From Anaerolineales bacterium (lineage in GTDB: Bacteria; Chloroflexota; Anaerolineae; Anaerolineales; Villigracilaceae), in NCBI GenBank assembly GCA_034434495.1, contig DAOTZE010000034.1:14032-78031 (forward strand): 64,000 bases of DNA. The letters are read 5' to 3'. The notes beneath the pieces were generated by a model, which searched no databases, was not told where the DNA came from, and worked only from the letters and a program-made list of their open reading frames with translations. Each line of letters begins with the position of its first letter. Position 1 is the stretch's first letter. Positions 9,220 through 18,931 of the stretch are shown in pieces. Made by a program: the position numbers and the translations under genes.

Positions 9220-10977
9220 ATGTTAACTCTCCCCCAACTTCTACGCATCCCAAACGTGGACACGGGTTTAGGTTTCAGCGTTTCGCCTGATGAAAGAAAA
9301 ATTGTGTTTGCGTGGAATAAAAATGGAAAGTGGGATTTGTGGGAAAAAGAGATTAGAGGATTGGGGACTAGAGAATTAGTCAGTAGCGTAATTGGGTCTA
9401 AATTTTCTCCAAAACATTCGCCTGACGGGAAATATCTTGCTTATGTCGTTGATTATGATGGCAGTGAGTCATACTATATTGTTCTCTGCGATTTACAGAA
9501 TGACTCGATTATCAATCTCATGCCCTGTTTTGGCTACGCGCAACAACCGAATTTTGATTTCTCGCCAGATACAAAACAACTAGCCGTCCTTTCCGATGAG
9601 AGCGGTTGTTTTGCTTTGTATCTTTTAGATATTCAAACAAGAGAAAAAAAATTATTGCTAGACGTCCACCGCCCTATTTGGAATGTGACTTGGTCTCCTG
9701 ACGGAAAATATATCGCCGCAGAGGCTGAGGCAGAGGCAAGCAATAGAGCAATTTATGTAGTTGAAGCGGCAAGCGGAAAGTGGAAAGCGATAAAGCAGGA
9801 TAGCGAAGTATTAAACGCACAACATCCCGTATGGTCACCCGATTCAAAACATTTATTATTTTCATGTGAAAACGGCGAATGGCATAACATTGGTTTATAT
9901 GACGTTGAATCTGAAAAAATTACTTGGATAACAAATTCTGTTGGGGATGATACACAACCGGCTTGCTCGCGGAGCGGGGAATACATCGGCTGGGTACATG
10001 CCGAAGGAGCAAGAACCAGCGTTCAAGTTAAGAAGAGAAGCGGCGAAGCGTTTGAAGTCAAAATCGGCGACGGCGTACATTCGTTTCCAACCATCATTCG
10101 CCACGAAGTCGTTTTGATATACGAAGACGTAAATCGCCCGCCTGATTTGTGGAAAATTAATTTAGAAAACGGAAAAGCGATTCAATTAACAAAATCAAGC
10201 GAAATAGATTTTGATTTTACAAAGCCTGAAGAAGTTTATTACAACAATGTGCCGGCGCTGTTATTTCGTGGGGAAAAAGATTGCGCCGTGATTGATATTC
10301 ACGGCGGACCGAATTGGCATTATCAAAATATGTGGAATCCGTTTGTGAATGCAATGCTGTCGCGCGGTTGGACGGTGTTGCAACCGAACTATCGCGGCTC
10401 AACAGGCTATGGGAAAACATGGCAAAACGCAAGCCGATACGACATGGGCGGAGTGGACGCAGACGATTGCGCGGCGGGCGCGGCGTTCTTAATGGAAAAC
10501 AATTTAGCCGATAAAAATAAAATCGCCGTAACAGGACGAAGCCATGGCGGTTTTTTAACGATGTGTTGTTTGACGAATTATCCCGATTTATTTTGCGGCG
10601 GTTCGGCAGTTGTGCCGTTTTTGAATTGGATAAAATCGCATTACGAATCGCGCGAAGATTTACAACATTGGAATATTGAAAACATGGGCGACCCTGAAAA
10701 GAATAAAGAGTTATGGATGAAACGCTCGCCGTATTTCTTTTTGGATAAAGTGAACGCGCCTGTGCAACTGATTTGCGGCGCAAACGACCCGCGCTGCCCT
10801 GCGTCCGATTCGGTTGACGCGCGCGATAAGTTACTTGAACTTGGCAAAGAGGTTGAATTGCTGTTATATGAAGACGAAGGGCATTCATTTTTGAACATTG
10901 AAAATATCATTGATTCAGAAACGAGGCGAATAGAATTTTTAGAAAGAGTTTTAACGGCAAACAAAAATCTTAGCTGA
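9220..10977 (+). CDS. S9-family serine peptidase (beta-propeller plus alpha/beta hydrolase; acylaminoacyl/prolyl oligopeptidase-like)
   Basis: 585-aa ORF. Repeated SPDGK propeller blades; catalytic GRSHGGF (Ser), GANDPRC (Asp) and DEGHSF (His). Confidence 0.85.
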   Translation: MLTLPQLLRIPNVDTGLGFSVSPDERKIVFAWNKNGKWDLWEKEIRGLGTRELVSSVIGSKFSPKHSPDGKYLAYVVDYDGSESYYIVLCDLQNDSIINLMPCFGYAQQPNFDFSPDTKQLAVLSDESGCFALYLLDIQTREKKLLLDVHRPIWNVTWSPDGKYIAAEAEAEASNRAIYVVEAASGKWKAIKQDSEVLNAQHPVWSPDSKHLLFSCENGEWHNIGLYDVESEKITWITNSVGDDTQPACSRSGEYIGWVHAEGARTSVQVKKRSGEAFEVKIGDGVHSFPTIIRHEVVLIYEDVNRPPDLWKINLENGKAIQLTKSSEIDFDFTKPEEVYYNNVPALLFRGEKDCAVIDIHGGPNWHYQNMWNPFVNAMLSRGWTVLQPNYRGSTGYGKTWQNASRYDMGGVDADDCAAGAAFLMENNLADKNKIAVTGRSHGGFLTMCCLTNYPDLFCGGSAVVPFLNWIKSHYESREDLQHWNIENMGDPEKNKELWMKRSPYFFLDKVNAPVQLICGANDPRCPASDSVDARDKLLELGKEVELLLYEDEGHSFLNIENIIDSETRRIEFLERVLTANKNLS

Positions 10978-11026
10978 CGCGGTCGGCGATAAATAATTCA
11001 CATAAAAACGCAATACTGGAGACTAC

Positions 11027-12445
11027 ATGCCCTATCTAAAATTTTTATCTGATGAAGACGTGAAAGCCATGCACGAAGCCACGCTACAGGTAATGAGCGA
11101 GGTCGGCATTATTTGGACGCACCAACCAAGTTTGGATATTTTGCTCCAAGCGGGTTGCACAATGAAAGAAAACCGCGTATGTATGCCGCCCGATTTGGTG
11201 ATGGAGTGCGTCGCCAAAGCGAATAAGCGCCCAAAGATTCGCGGGCGCAACGGCACAATCAATGAGTTGGGCGGCGGGAATTTGTATTTTCATAACCTTG
11301 GCGGCGCGCGCGATATTTACGACCCAATCACCAATACCAGACGGGCGGCGACAAATGAAGACTGCGTGAACGCTACGCGCGTTTTAGACGCGCTTCCCAA
11401 TTGCAATAACGTCACGCCGTTTTTCACGCCGCCCGATGTGGCGAATGAAATGATGGCGTTGCACATGTATCGGCATACGCTTTCTAACACGGTTAAGCCT
11501 GTGCAAGGACCTGGCATTCAATTTGGGCATGAAGTGAAATATGCGGTTGAGATGGCGGCAGTGATTGGCATTGAGCCACATGAGTTAACGCTTTCGCTTT
11601 CGCCCGTTAGCCCGCTCACCATGCACGATGTTGCCGCCCAAGCGGTGATGGATATGGCAAACGCGGGGGTCATTCATGCGAATTTACCCGCGCCTACAGG
11701 CGGCGCCACTTCGCCTATGACGATTACTGGAAGCCTCGTGCAACAAAGCGCAGAAACGCTTGCGCCGCTTGTCCTTGCTCAAATCATTAACCCTGGCTGC
11801 GGCGTTGTATATTGCGGGCGCTTGGGGTTGCTTGAACCCCGCACAGGTTTAATTTGGGGCGGCGTGGAACTAGGCATTTCATCCGCCGCAACGGTTCAAT
11901 TAGGACATTATTATGGGTTTTCAGTCAATGTATATGGGTTTTCGACCAACGCCCACACGCTTGACGCGCAAAACGCATTTGAACGCGGACTGAACGCTTC
12001 GCTCCCCGCTTTGGCTGGGGCAGATGAACTCTCCGGCATTGGCGAAATGGAAGCGGGCGTGATGGGGTCTTTCGCTCAAATGGTGTTGGATAATGAATTA
12101 GCAAAAAGCGTGCATCGGCAGCGTCAGGGCTTATCGGCAGACGCAGACCATTTGGCGGTAGAAGTCATTAATACGGTGATGAACACTAATCGAAATTATT
12201 TAGCCAGCAAACACACGCTCAAACACTTAAAAGCCGGCGAAATGGCATTAACCAAATTTGCAGAGCGAAACTCGTGGGATACATGGGAAGATAAAATGAG
12301 CCGCAAGCAAATGGCAGATTACGCAATTGAAGAAGCGCAGAGAATCTTGCGCGAGCATGTTGTTCCGCCACTAGAACCGCAACAAGAAGCCGAGTTAGAT
12401 AAGATTATGGCGGCGGCGGAGAAAGAAACTGTAAAGAAAAAATGA
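11027..12445 (+). CDS. MttB-superfamily methyltransferase (non-pyrrolysine), paralogue 2
   Basis: 472-aa uninterrupted ORF. The N-terminus LSDEDVKAMHEATLQVMSEVGIIW is typical of the family. GGAG lies upstream of the ATG. Confidence 0.8.
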   Translation: MPYLKFLSDEDVKAMHEATLQVMSEVGIIWTHQPSLDILLQAGCTMKENRVCMPPDLVMECVAKANKRPKIRGRNGTINELGGGNLYFHNLGGARDIYDPITNTRRAATNEDCVNATRVLDALPNCNNVTPFFTPPDVANEMMALHMYRHTLSNTVKPVQGPGIQFGHEVKYAVEMAAVIGIEPHELTLSLSPVSPLTMHDVAAQAVMDMANAGVIHANLPAPTGGATSPMTITGSLVQQSAETLAPLVLAQIINPGCGVVYCGRLGLLEPRTGLIWGGVELGISSAATVQLGHYYGFSVNVYGFSTNAHTLDAQNAFERGLNASLPALAGADELSGIGEMEAGVMGSFAQMVLDNELAKSVHRQRQGLSADADHLAVEVINTVMNTNRNYLASKHTLKHLKAGEMALTKFAERNSWDTWEDKMSRKQMADYAIEEAQRILREHVVPPLEPQQEAELDKIMAAAEKETVKKK

Positions 12446-12503
12446 GCGAAGGAATACTAAGCGCGATTTGCAATAAGAAAGAAGCGTTATAAGGAGAATA
12501 AAA

Positions 12504-13661
12504 ATGATTAAACAGGCTCATGCAATTTCGGAAGAATTAATCGAATGGAGAAGAGATTTTCATCAACACCCTGAAACAGGGTTTGATGTGTTTTGCACGG
12601 CTGGCATCGTCGCCGATGAATTAGAAAAGATGGGTTACAGAGTGAAGCGCGGAGTGGGCAAAACAGGCGTGGTGGCAGAGATAGGCGAAGGCGGAAAACT
12701 GGTCGCTATTCGGGCAGATATGGACGCGCTCCCGTTACAAGAATTAAATGAAACAGAGTACAAATCAAAAATAGAGAACAAAATGCACGCCTGCGGGCAT
12801 GACGCGCATACCGCCATGGCGCTGGGTGCGGCAAAAATTTTGGCAAAAGAAAAATTAAACGGGCGCGTTCGTTTTTTATTTCAGCCATGCGAAGAAACGG
12901 CGGACGAAGAAGGGAAAAGCGGCGCGCAGCGAATGTACGATGAAGGCGCAGTGGAAGGCGTGGATTATGTCATTGCCCAGCATGTAGACCCAACCAGCCC
13001 CGTCGGCACCATTGCCATCAATGAAGGCGCAAGCGGCGGAGGCGTCACCTCATGGAGCGCTAAAATTAGAGGCAAAGGCGGGCATGGAGCGTACCCGCAT
13101 AAATCGAACGACCCATTTGTTTTGCTCGCCCATGTGATTATGGGAATCAATTCCATTATTTCCAGAAGAATAGACCCCTTTGAACCGACCGTGATTAGCA
13201 TTGGCGCCGTAAACGGCGGGTTTACTGAAAACGTCATACCTGACCAAATTGAAATGAAAGGCACGATGCGCTTCACTTCATTAGAAGTGGAAAAACAATT
13301 GCGCGAAGAAATGACCCGCGTATTTGAAATAACAAAAACGCTGGGCGGCGAATATGAATTAAAGTTTTTATTTGGCGGCTTGCCCTTGATAAACGATAAA
13401 TTTGTGGCTGAAACAATTGAAAAAGTAGGCATAGATTTATTAGGCGCGGGCAAAGTCCAACCGCTGCACAAATCCTTAGGGGCGGAAGATTTCCCCGAAT
13501 TTTTGAAGAACGCCCCCGGCGCCATGTTTACGCTCGGCACGATGATTGAAGGACGCGAAATTTACGAACTACATCACCCCAAATTTGATTTGGACGAACG
13601 CGCCCTGCCGATTGGCACAGCCGTCTTAGCCGAAACTGCGATGAGGTTTTTGAAAGAATAA
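12504..13661 (+). CDS. M20D amidohydrolase (N-acyl-amino acid amidohydrolase/aminoacylase-like)
   Basis: 385-aa ORF with WRRDFHQHPE, IRADMDALP and HACGHDAH metal-binding motifs. AAGGAG RBS. Confidence 0.85.
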   Translation: MIKQAHAISEELIEWRRDFHQHPETGFDVFCTAGIVADELEKMGYRVKRGVGKTGVVAEIGEGGKLVAIRADMDALPLQELNETEYKSKIENKMHACGHDAHTAMALGAAKILAKEKLNGRVRFLFQPCEETADEEGKSGAQRMYDEGAVEGVDYVIAQHVDPTSPVGTIAINEGASGGGVTSWSAKIRGKGGHGAYPHKSNDPFVLLAHVIMGINSIISRRIDPFEPTVISIGAVNGGFTENVIPDQIEMKGTMRFTSLEVEKQLREEMTRVFEITKTLGGEYELKFLFGGLPLINDKFVAETIEKVGIDLLGAGKVQPLHKSLGAEDFPEFLKNAPGAMFTLGTMIEGREIYELHHPKFDLDERALPIGTAVLAETAMRFLKE

Positions 13662-13727
13662 TTTTTCACCGCAAAGAACGCCTATGAAGATTTGCGGCGC
13701 TTTACGGTAAATGTTTATCGGAGAAAA

Positions 13728-14606
13728 ATGCACACCACACTTAAATCAAACTCAAAAGAAGTAACGATTGGCATTGATAAACCGTTTGTCATCATTGGCG
13801 AAAAAATCAACCCAACGGGAATTAAAAAACTTGGGCAAGCGTTGGTGGAACGAAACATGGATTTTGTTAAACATCTCGCCAAACGCCAAGTGGATTGGGG
13901 AGCGGATGTGTTAGACGTCAATGTCGGTCACCCGCAAATTGAAGAAGCCGAAGTGATACCGTTGGTCGTTGAAGCGGTGCAATCCGTCGTAGATATCCCG
14001 CTGTGCATTGATTCAAATGAGCCGAAAATTTTAGAAGCGGGTTTAAACGCCATCAAAGGCGGAAAGCCGTTAATCAATTCTGTCAACGGAGAAGAAAAAC
14101 AACTGGCGAGCGTTCTGCCCATCGTCAAAGAAAGAGGCGCGGCAGTAATTGGGCTGACCATTGCAGACGAAGGCATCCCGCCTACAGCGGAAGGTCGCTT
14201 AGCCGCGGCGGATAAAATCATTCAACGCGCCGCAAAATTAGGAATCCCAATCGAAGATATTATCATTGACCCATTGGTAATGACGGTCGGACACGATAGC
14301 AAAGCCGCCACCGTCACATTGAAAACCATTGAGTTGGTTAAAAAAGAATTTGGCGTGAATATCAGTTTAGGCGCGAGCAACGTTTCGTTTGGCTTGCCCG
14401 ATAGACATTCCGTCAACGCTGCGTTTCTGGCGCTGGCAATGCAAACAGGCGCAACATGCTCCATCACCGACCCTATCAAACTAGGCGGCGCAATCAAAGC
14501 CGCAGATTTACTGCTGGGCAAAGACCCTAATTCCATTCGGTATCTCAAATATTTTCGCACAACAGAAAAATTAAGAGAAGTAGAGAATTCGGCAAAAGCG
14601 CAATAA
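13728..14606 (+). CDS. Pterin-binding methyltransferase (methylcorrinoid:tetrahydrofolate methyltransferase, MtgA/MtqA/AcsE-like)
   Basis: TIM-barrel pterin-binding domain pattern (IGEKINPTG, LDVNVG, INSV, DPLV, GASNVSFGLP). The ATG at 13728 follows GGAGA; the track ORF starts at TTG 13692. Confidence 0.75.
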   Translation: MHTTLKSNSKEVTIGIDKPFVIIGEKINPTGIKKLGQALVERNMDFVKHLAKRQVDWGADVLDVNVGHPQIEEAEVIPLVVEAVQSVVDIPLCIDSNEPKILEAGLNAIKGGKPLINSVNGEEKQLASVLPIVKERGAAVIGLTIADEGIPPTAEGRLAAADKIIQRAAKLGIPIEDIIIDPLVMTVGHDSKAATVTLKTIELVKKEFGVNISLGASNVSFGLPDRHSVNAAFLALAMQTGATCSITDPIKLGGAIKAADLLLGKDPNSIRYLKYFRTTEKLREVENSAKAQ

Positions 14607-14626
14607 TTGAAGTTAAACTTGATGAA

Positions 14627-15703
14627 ATGAAAAAACTCTGCTGGGCGTTTTTTATTTCATCGCTTTTGATATCTGCCTGCGCGTCGGCGCCGCCTCTCTC
14701 TACGCCGACCGTTGCGCCTGCCTCCCCAACCTTTACTTTAACTTCAACATTCACCCCCGAGCCGACAGCCACCTTCACCCCCATCCCCACCGCCACGCCC
14801 ATTCCCCACCCAATGAGCATTATAGCTTTGCGAAATGGGAATTACCCCGGCAGTGAAATTGTGATTGAAAAAGAACTAGAGCGCGGCTTAAACTATCGCC
14901 GCTATTACGCTTATTATCTTTCAGAAGGCTTGAAAATCTACGCCTTGCTAACCGTTCCAAACGGCGAACCGCCCGAAGGCGGCTTCCCTGCAATTGTTTT
15001 CAATCATGGTTATATTCCGCCCGATGTGTATAAAACTACAGAAAGATACATTCATTATGTAGATGAAATTGCGAAGGCTGGGTATGTTGTCTTTCGCATT
15101 GACTATCGCGGGCATGATAATTCGGAAGGCGAAGCCACTGGCGCGTATGGGCATCCTGGCTATCAAATTGACGTGCTGAATGCGGTCGCTTCGCTCAAAC
15201 AACATCCGCAGGTGAACCCTGAAAAAATTGGCATGTGGGGTCATTCGATGGGTGGATATTTGACTTTGCGCGCGATGGTGATTTCATCGGATGTAAAAGT
15301 CGGCGTGATTTGGGCAGGCGTTATCGCTTCGTATCCCGACTTGTTATATAACTGGCGGCGGACTGGCGCATTTACGCCTTCGCCCAGTTCTACAGGCAGA
15401 GGCTGGCGCAGCGCGTGGATTGAACAATACGGCGCTCCTGAACAAAACCCTGAATTTTGGAATTCCATTTCAGCCACATCTTACCTCGCCGATTTATCGG
15501 GACCGATACAACTCCATCACGGCACGAACGATGAAGATGTGCCTTATGAATTTTCCATTCGCGTGGCGGAGCTGGCACGCCTGCAAGGCAAAATTGCCGA
15601 TTTATATTTGTACGACGGCGATAACCACAACATCGCTACAAATTTTTATACCGCTATGGGGCAAACGATTGAGTTTTTTGATATTTACTTGAAGTCGCCC
15701 TAG
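14627..15703 (+). CDS. Secreted lipoprotein, S9/dienelactone-hydrolase-type alpha/beta hydrolase
   Basis: Signal peptide with a lipobox (LLISAC), then a Thr/Pro-rich linker. Catalytic triad candidates are WGHSMGG (Ser), GTNDEDV (Asp) and GDNHNI (His). Confidence 0.75.
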   Translation: MKKLCWAFFISSLLISACASAPPLSTPTVAPASPTFTLTSTFTPEPTATFTPIPTATPIPHPMSIIALRNGNYPGSEIVIEKELERGLNYRRYYAYYLSEGLKIYALLTVPNGEPPEGGFPAIVFNHGYIPPDVYKTTERYIHYVDEIAKAGYVVFRIDYRGHDNSEGEATGAYGHPGYQIDVLNAVASLKQHPQVNPEKIGMWGHSMGGYLTLRAMVISSDVKVGVIWAGVIASYPDLLYNWRRTGAFTPSPSSTGRGWRSAWIEQYGAPEQNPEFWNSISATSYLADLSGPIQLHHGTNDEDVPYEFSIRVAELARLQGKIADLYLYDGDNHNIATNFYTAMGQTIEFFDIYLKSP

Positions 15704-15710
15704 CCCTTAC

Positions 15711-15746
15711 ACCGCCCCAAAGGCTTAAGAAACCTTCGGGGTGGTT
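15711..15746. terminator. Bidirectional hairpin between convergent genes
   Basis: ACCGCCCCAAAGG ... CCTTCGGGGTGGT is an imperfect 13-bp stem, followed by TTTTC on the plus strand. Confidence 0.5.
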
Positions 15747-15760
15747 TTCTCTCATTCATG

Positions 15761-17737
15761 CTATTTATCAAAATGTAATATTGCCAAGTTGCCGTCAAAA
15801 GCATTGGCGATTTGTTCGGGGATATTGCCAAGCGTATCTGCCACGCGTTTTCGTGAGCCAAAGCCGGGCAACACAATAAACGAGCTGATTGATTCTTCTT
15901 CCAAGTGTTCAGGGTGGGCTTGGTCGCTTAACGCTTCGACTTCTACAGGGTGGTCTGTTTGGCAAGCCGCCACCAACGCCTCTAACGTTTGCAGGTAGCT
16001 TTTATGCGCAAAAATATGCAATGGAACATTTAAGGCTTGCGCAATGGCTAAATTCGCTTCTAACATTCTACGCAAAGCAATGGGCGGAACGGATTTTTGC
16101 GGCACAATAAACATAATACGTTGCATACTGTTTAATGGCAACGGCAATTTGCCGACCATCACAGGCGTATCTGAACCCCATATCACTTCGTCTAAAACAG
16201 AACCTAGCACATTTTCACGGAATGTGCGTTTGCCGCGCCAGCCCATCAGAATCAACGAGGCGTTTTCTTCATGGGCGGTATGTAAGATGCCCTGCGCATG
16301 AGTGACGGCTAAACGTGGGATCAATTCAATGTGAGTCTCGGGGTCATGTAGCAGTTCGTGAACTTTATCCAGCTCGCTTTTGTGCATGATTAAGCTATTG
16401 GGGCTGCCGGCGCCTTTGTCGCTGGCGACGCTCACCGCTAACACTTTACCGTTTGAAGAACGAGCCAATAAACTGGCTAAGGCAACCAAGCCTTCAGCCT
16501 GTTTCGCGTCGGCTATGGGAACGAGGACTCTGCCGAAGAGTGGAATCTGTTCCGCGTCGGCAGGGGCAGTTTGCAAGTTAGGGGCGAAGCGTTGGACGAT
16601 AAGAGGAGAGGTGATGGAGGTGAGGAGAATCATCAAGATGGCGGCGTTGAATAAGGTTGAATCAAAAAGTCCAGTTTCTAGCCCTATCACCAAAGTGGGG
16701 ATAGTCACCGCGGCTTGCGCGTGAGATAAACCGTAAACCGTCCAAAATTCTGATTTTGTGTATTTGTAAATTTTTGCGATAATCCATGCGGCGATTAATT
16801 TTGAAACATAAGCCACAATGGTGACGCCGACTGCGACAATAATCGTTTGTGGGCTTTCAAGAAACGTTAATGGGTCTGTGATGAGCCCGCTATACAAAAG
16901 AAAAACGGGAATGAAAAAAGATTCGCCGATAAATAAAACATGGCTGGCAACAGGGCTATGCCGCGGCAACATAGAATTGACCGCCAGCCCGGCGATGAAG
17001 GCGCCGACTACTTCATGCACGCCGATTACTTCGGCTACAAATGCGGCGACAAACAGCGCCACGATAACGAATTGAAATTCAAGCGCGCGCGCTTTGAGCG
17101 TTTGAAAAACTAGTTTTCCTAAACGCGGTAAGCCAAAAATAATGACGGCAGTAAAAATAGAAAGCATAACAAGTAATTGAAGAAAATAGCCAACGCTTAC
17201 GCCGCCGCCCGTTTTTGCGCCTAATACAACCGCTAACACAATGAACGCGCCAATATCTGTTAATACGGTTGCGCCTGTTGTCACTGCCACCGCTTCGTTT
17301 CGAGCGACTCCAAGTTTGGTGAGGATTGGAAATGCAATTAAGGTGTGCGAAGCAAACGCAGAGCCGAGCAAAATCATGCCGAGCCAGTCAAGCCCTAAAA
17401 TATATCCAAGCCCCATGCCCATAAGTTGCGGGAAGATAAATGTGATTGTGCCAAAGGCTAATGCGCGCGCGCGAACTTTCATAAATTGGTTAATATCCAC
17501 TTCTAGTCCGGCGCTGAACATTAAATATACAAGCCCGATGGTGGATAGGAATTGGATGCGGTCGTTATCTTCTAGCAGAGCAAATCCATGCGGTCCAATT
17601 AACATTCCGCCAATAATGATTCCGATAATACCTGGGAGTTTGAGCCTTTCTGAAATTAGGGGTGTGATGAGAATGATTGTCATCACAATTAAGAAGAAGC
17701 CAACGGGTTTTGCAAAAAGTTCGAGGAGGGAATGCAT
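15761..17737 (-). CDS. CPA2-family cation:proton antiporter with C-terminal USP-like domains
   Basis: About 12 TM helices of the Na+/H+ exchanger type, plus a soluble C-terminal half. The likely ATG (MHSLLELF) is at 17737; the track start TTG 17788 lies inside repeat sequence. Confidence 0.75.
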   Translation of the reverse strand: MHSLLELFAKPVGFFLIVMTIILITPLISERLKLPGIIGIIIGGMLIGPHGFALLEDNDRIQFLSTIGLVYLMFSAGLEVDINQFMKVRARALAFGTITFIFPQLMGMGLGYILGLDWLGMILLGSAFASHTLIAFPILTKLGVARNEAVAVTTGATVLTDIGAFIVLAVVLGAKTGGGVSVGYFLQLLVMLSIFTAVIIFGLPRLGKLVFQTLKARALEFQFVIVALFVAAFVAEVIGVHEVVGAFIAGLAVNSMLPRHSPVASHVLFIGESFFIPVFLLYSGLITDPLTFLESPQTIIVAVGVTIVAYVSKLIAAWIIAKIYKYTKSEFWTVYGLSHAQAAVTIPTLVIGLETGLFDSTLFNAAILMILLTSITSPLIVQRFAPNLQTAPADAEQIPLFGRVLVPIADAKQAEGLVALASLLARSSNGKVLAVSVASDKGAGSPNSLIMHKSELDKVHELLHDPETHIELIPRLAVTHAQGILHTAHEENASLILMGWRGKRTFRENVLGSVLDEVIWGSDTPVMVGKLPLPLNSMQRIMFIVPQKSVPPIALRRMLEANLAIAQALNVPLHIFAHKSYLQTLEALVAACQTDHPVEVEALSDQAHPEHLEEESISSFIVLPGFGSRKRVADTLGNIPEQIANAFDGNLAILHFDK

Positions 17738-17815
17738 GAGAAATGGGTAATCCTTTGGGTTGGTAATATGTAATTGGTAATTAGTCAATTGGAGACTAGA
17801 GATTGAATCATTTTA
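17738..17815. repeat. Degenerate heptamer-periodic leader repeat
   Basis: TTGGTAA TATGTAA TTGGTAA TTAGTCA ATTGGAG ACTAGAG ATTGAAT, directly upstream of the antiporter start. Confidence 0.5.
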
Positions 17816-17971
17816 ATTCAGGAAAGCGATATGGGATAGTGTACGGAGTTCCTATGATGTGTTACCCTGAGCAATAGCGAATGTCCTCTGAGATTATCTT
17901 CGAGATTCTTCGCCACAAAAAACAAGAGCTTCGTTCAGAATGACATGGCTTCACTAAGGTAAAATTGAAAT

Positions 17972-18922
17972 ATGAATCCGATTGAAAAAATTTTACAAAA
18001 ACAAAATATTGTAATTATAGATGGCGCATTGGCGACTGAACTTGAAGCGCGCGGTTGCGATTTGAACGACGCATTATGGTCGGCAAAGGTGTTGATGGAA
18101 CAGCCTGAATTAATTCAGCAGGTGCATTTGGATTATTTCAACGCCGGTGCGGATGTCGCTATCACTGCTAGTTATCAAGCGACTGTGCAAGGCTTTGAGC
18201 AGCGCGGTTTGAGCGAAAGTCAAGCCATTGAGTTGATTCAAAGGTCTGTGCAATTAGCAAAAAACGCGCGCGATGCGTTTTGGTCCAATGAAAAAAATCG
18301 AATCCATAGACAATATCCATTGATTGCAGGCTCAGTTGGACCGTATGGGGCGTTTCTTGCAGACGGCTCGGAATATCGCGGCGATTATCGCTTAACAGAA
18401 AAAGAATACATGGATTTTCATCGCCCGCGTATGAAGGCGTTGATTGAAGCAGGCGTGGATGTATTCGCCTGCGAAACAATCCCTAATTTTGACGAAGCGC
18501 AAGCGTTGGTTAAGTTATTAAGTGAATTCCCAAATGCAAGTGCATGGTTTACATTTACAGCAAAAGATGGCGAGCATATTAGTCATGGAGAAAGAATTGG
18601 GGATGTTGCAAAGCGGTTAGATTCATATCCGCAAGCGGAGGCGGTTGGCATTAATTGTTCGTCTCCATTGCATATTCCTTCTTTGATTGATGAGATAAAG
18701 AAAAATACAAGCAAACCAATTATTGTGTACCCCAATTCGGGTGAATTTTATGTCGCGGTTACAAACTCGTGGCACGGAGAAACCTCTTGCGAGTCGTTTG
18801 GCTTACAAGCAAAAGATTGGTATGAACATGGAGCAAGATTAATTGGCGGATGTTGTAGGACGACGCCTGAGCATATCAAAGAAATAAAAAGGATAATGAC
18901 TCTGTACGGGTCAAATGATTAA
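17972..18922 (+). CDS. Homocysteine S-methyltransferase (MmuM/YbgG-like)
   Basis: 316-aa ORF with IIDGALATELE and GINCS motifs and a C-terminal GGCCRTTPEHI zinc-binding motif. Confidence 0.85.
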   Translation: MNPIEKILQKQNIVIIDGALATELEARGCDLNDALWSAKVLMEQPELIQQVHLDYFNAGADVAITASYQATVQGFEQRGLSESQAIELIQRSVQLAKNARDAFWSNEKNRIHRQYPLIAGSVGPYGAFLADGSEYRGDYRLTEKEYMDFHRPRMKALIEAGVDVFACETIPNFDEAQALVKLLSEFPNASAWFTFTAKDGEHISHGERIGDVAKRLDSYPQAEAVGINCSSPLHIPSLIDEIKKNTSKPIIVYPNSGEFYVAVTNSWHGETSCESFGLQAKDWYEHGARLIGGCCRTTPEHIKEIKRIMTLYGSND

Positions 18923-18931
18923 GGAATTGAT

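Noticed and set aside
10217-10888. 223-aa minus-strand ORF. Similar long antisense ORFs occur at 12965-13540, 17241-17750, 25356-25883, 44830-45375, 53631-54131, 7288-7743 and 58888-59280.
   Set aside because: Each lies entirely inside a strongly motif-supported gene on the opposite strand. Their compositions are Arg/Ser/Pro-rich or otherwise shadow-like, and no motifs are recognisable.
7738-12445. Pyrrolysine (in-frame TAG) recoding in the MttB genes, and selenocysteine (TGA) recoding in the formate dehydrogenase (1354-3594).
   Set aside because: Both MttB ORFs are uninterrupted at full family length. The FDH active-site position is a Cys codon (..CTRLCHAGS..). No pyl or sel genes are seen.
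14545-14820. 91-aa minus-strand ORF rich in GVAVGMGVKV.
   Set aside because: It is the antisense shadow of the Thr/Pro-rich linker of the plus-strand lipoprotein hydrolase. It is low complexity, has no RBS, and lies fully inside a well-supported CDS.
17860-17960. The sequence ...CCTGAGCAATAGCGAATGTCCTCTGAGATTATCTTCGAGATTCTTCGCCAC...TTCAGAATGAC upstream of the homocysteine methyltransferase. It resembles repeat words common in metagenome assemblies and could be a riboswitch (SAM/SAH).
   Set aside because: I found no convincing long-range pairing or known SAM/SAH riboswitch core. It is a single copy in the window, so it is left unannotated.
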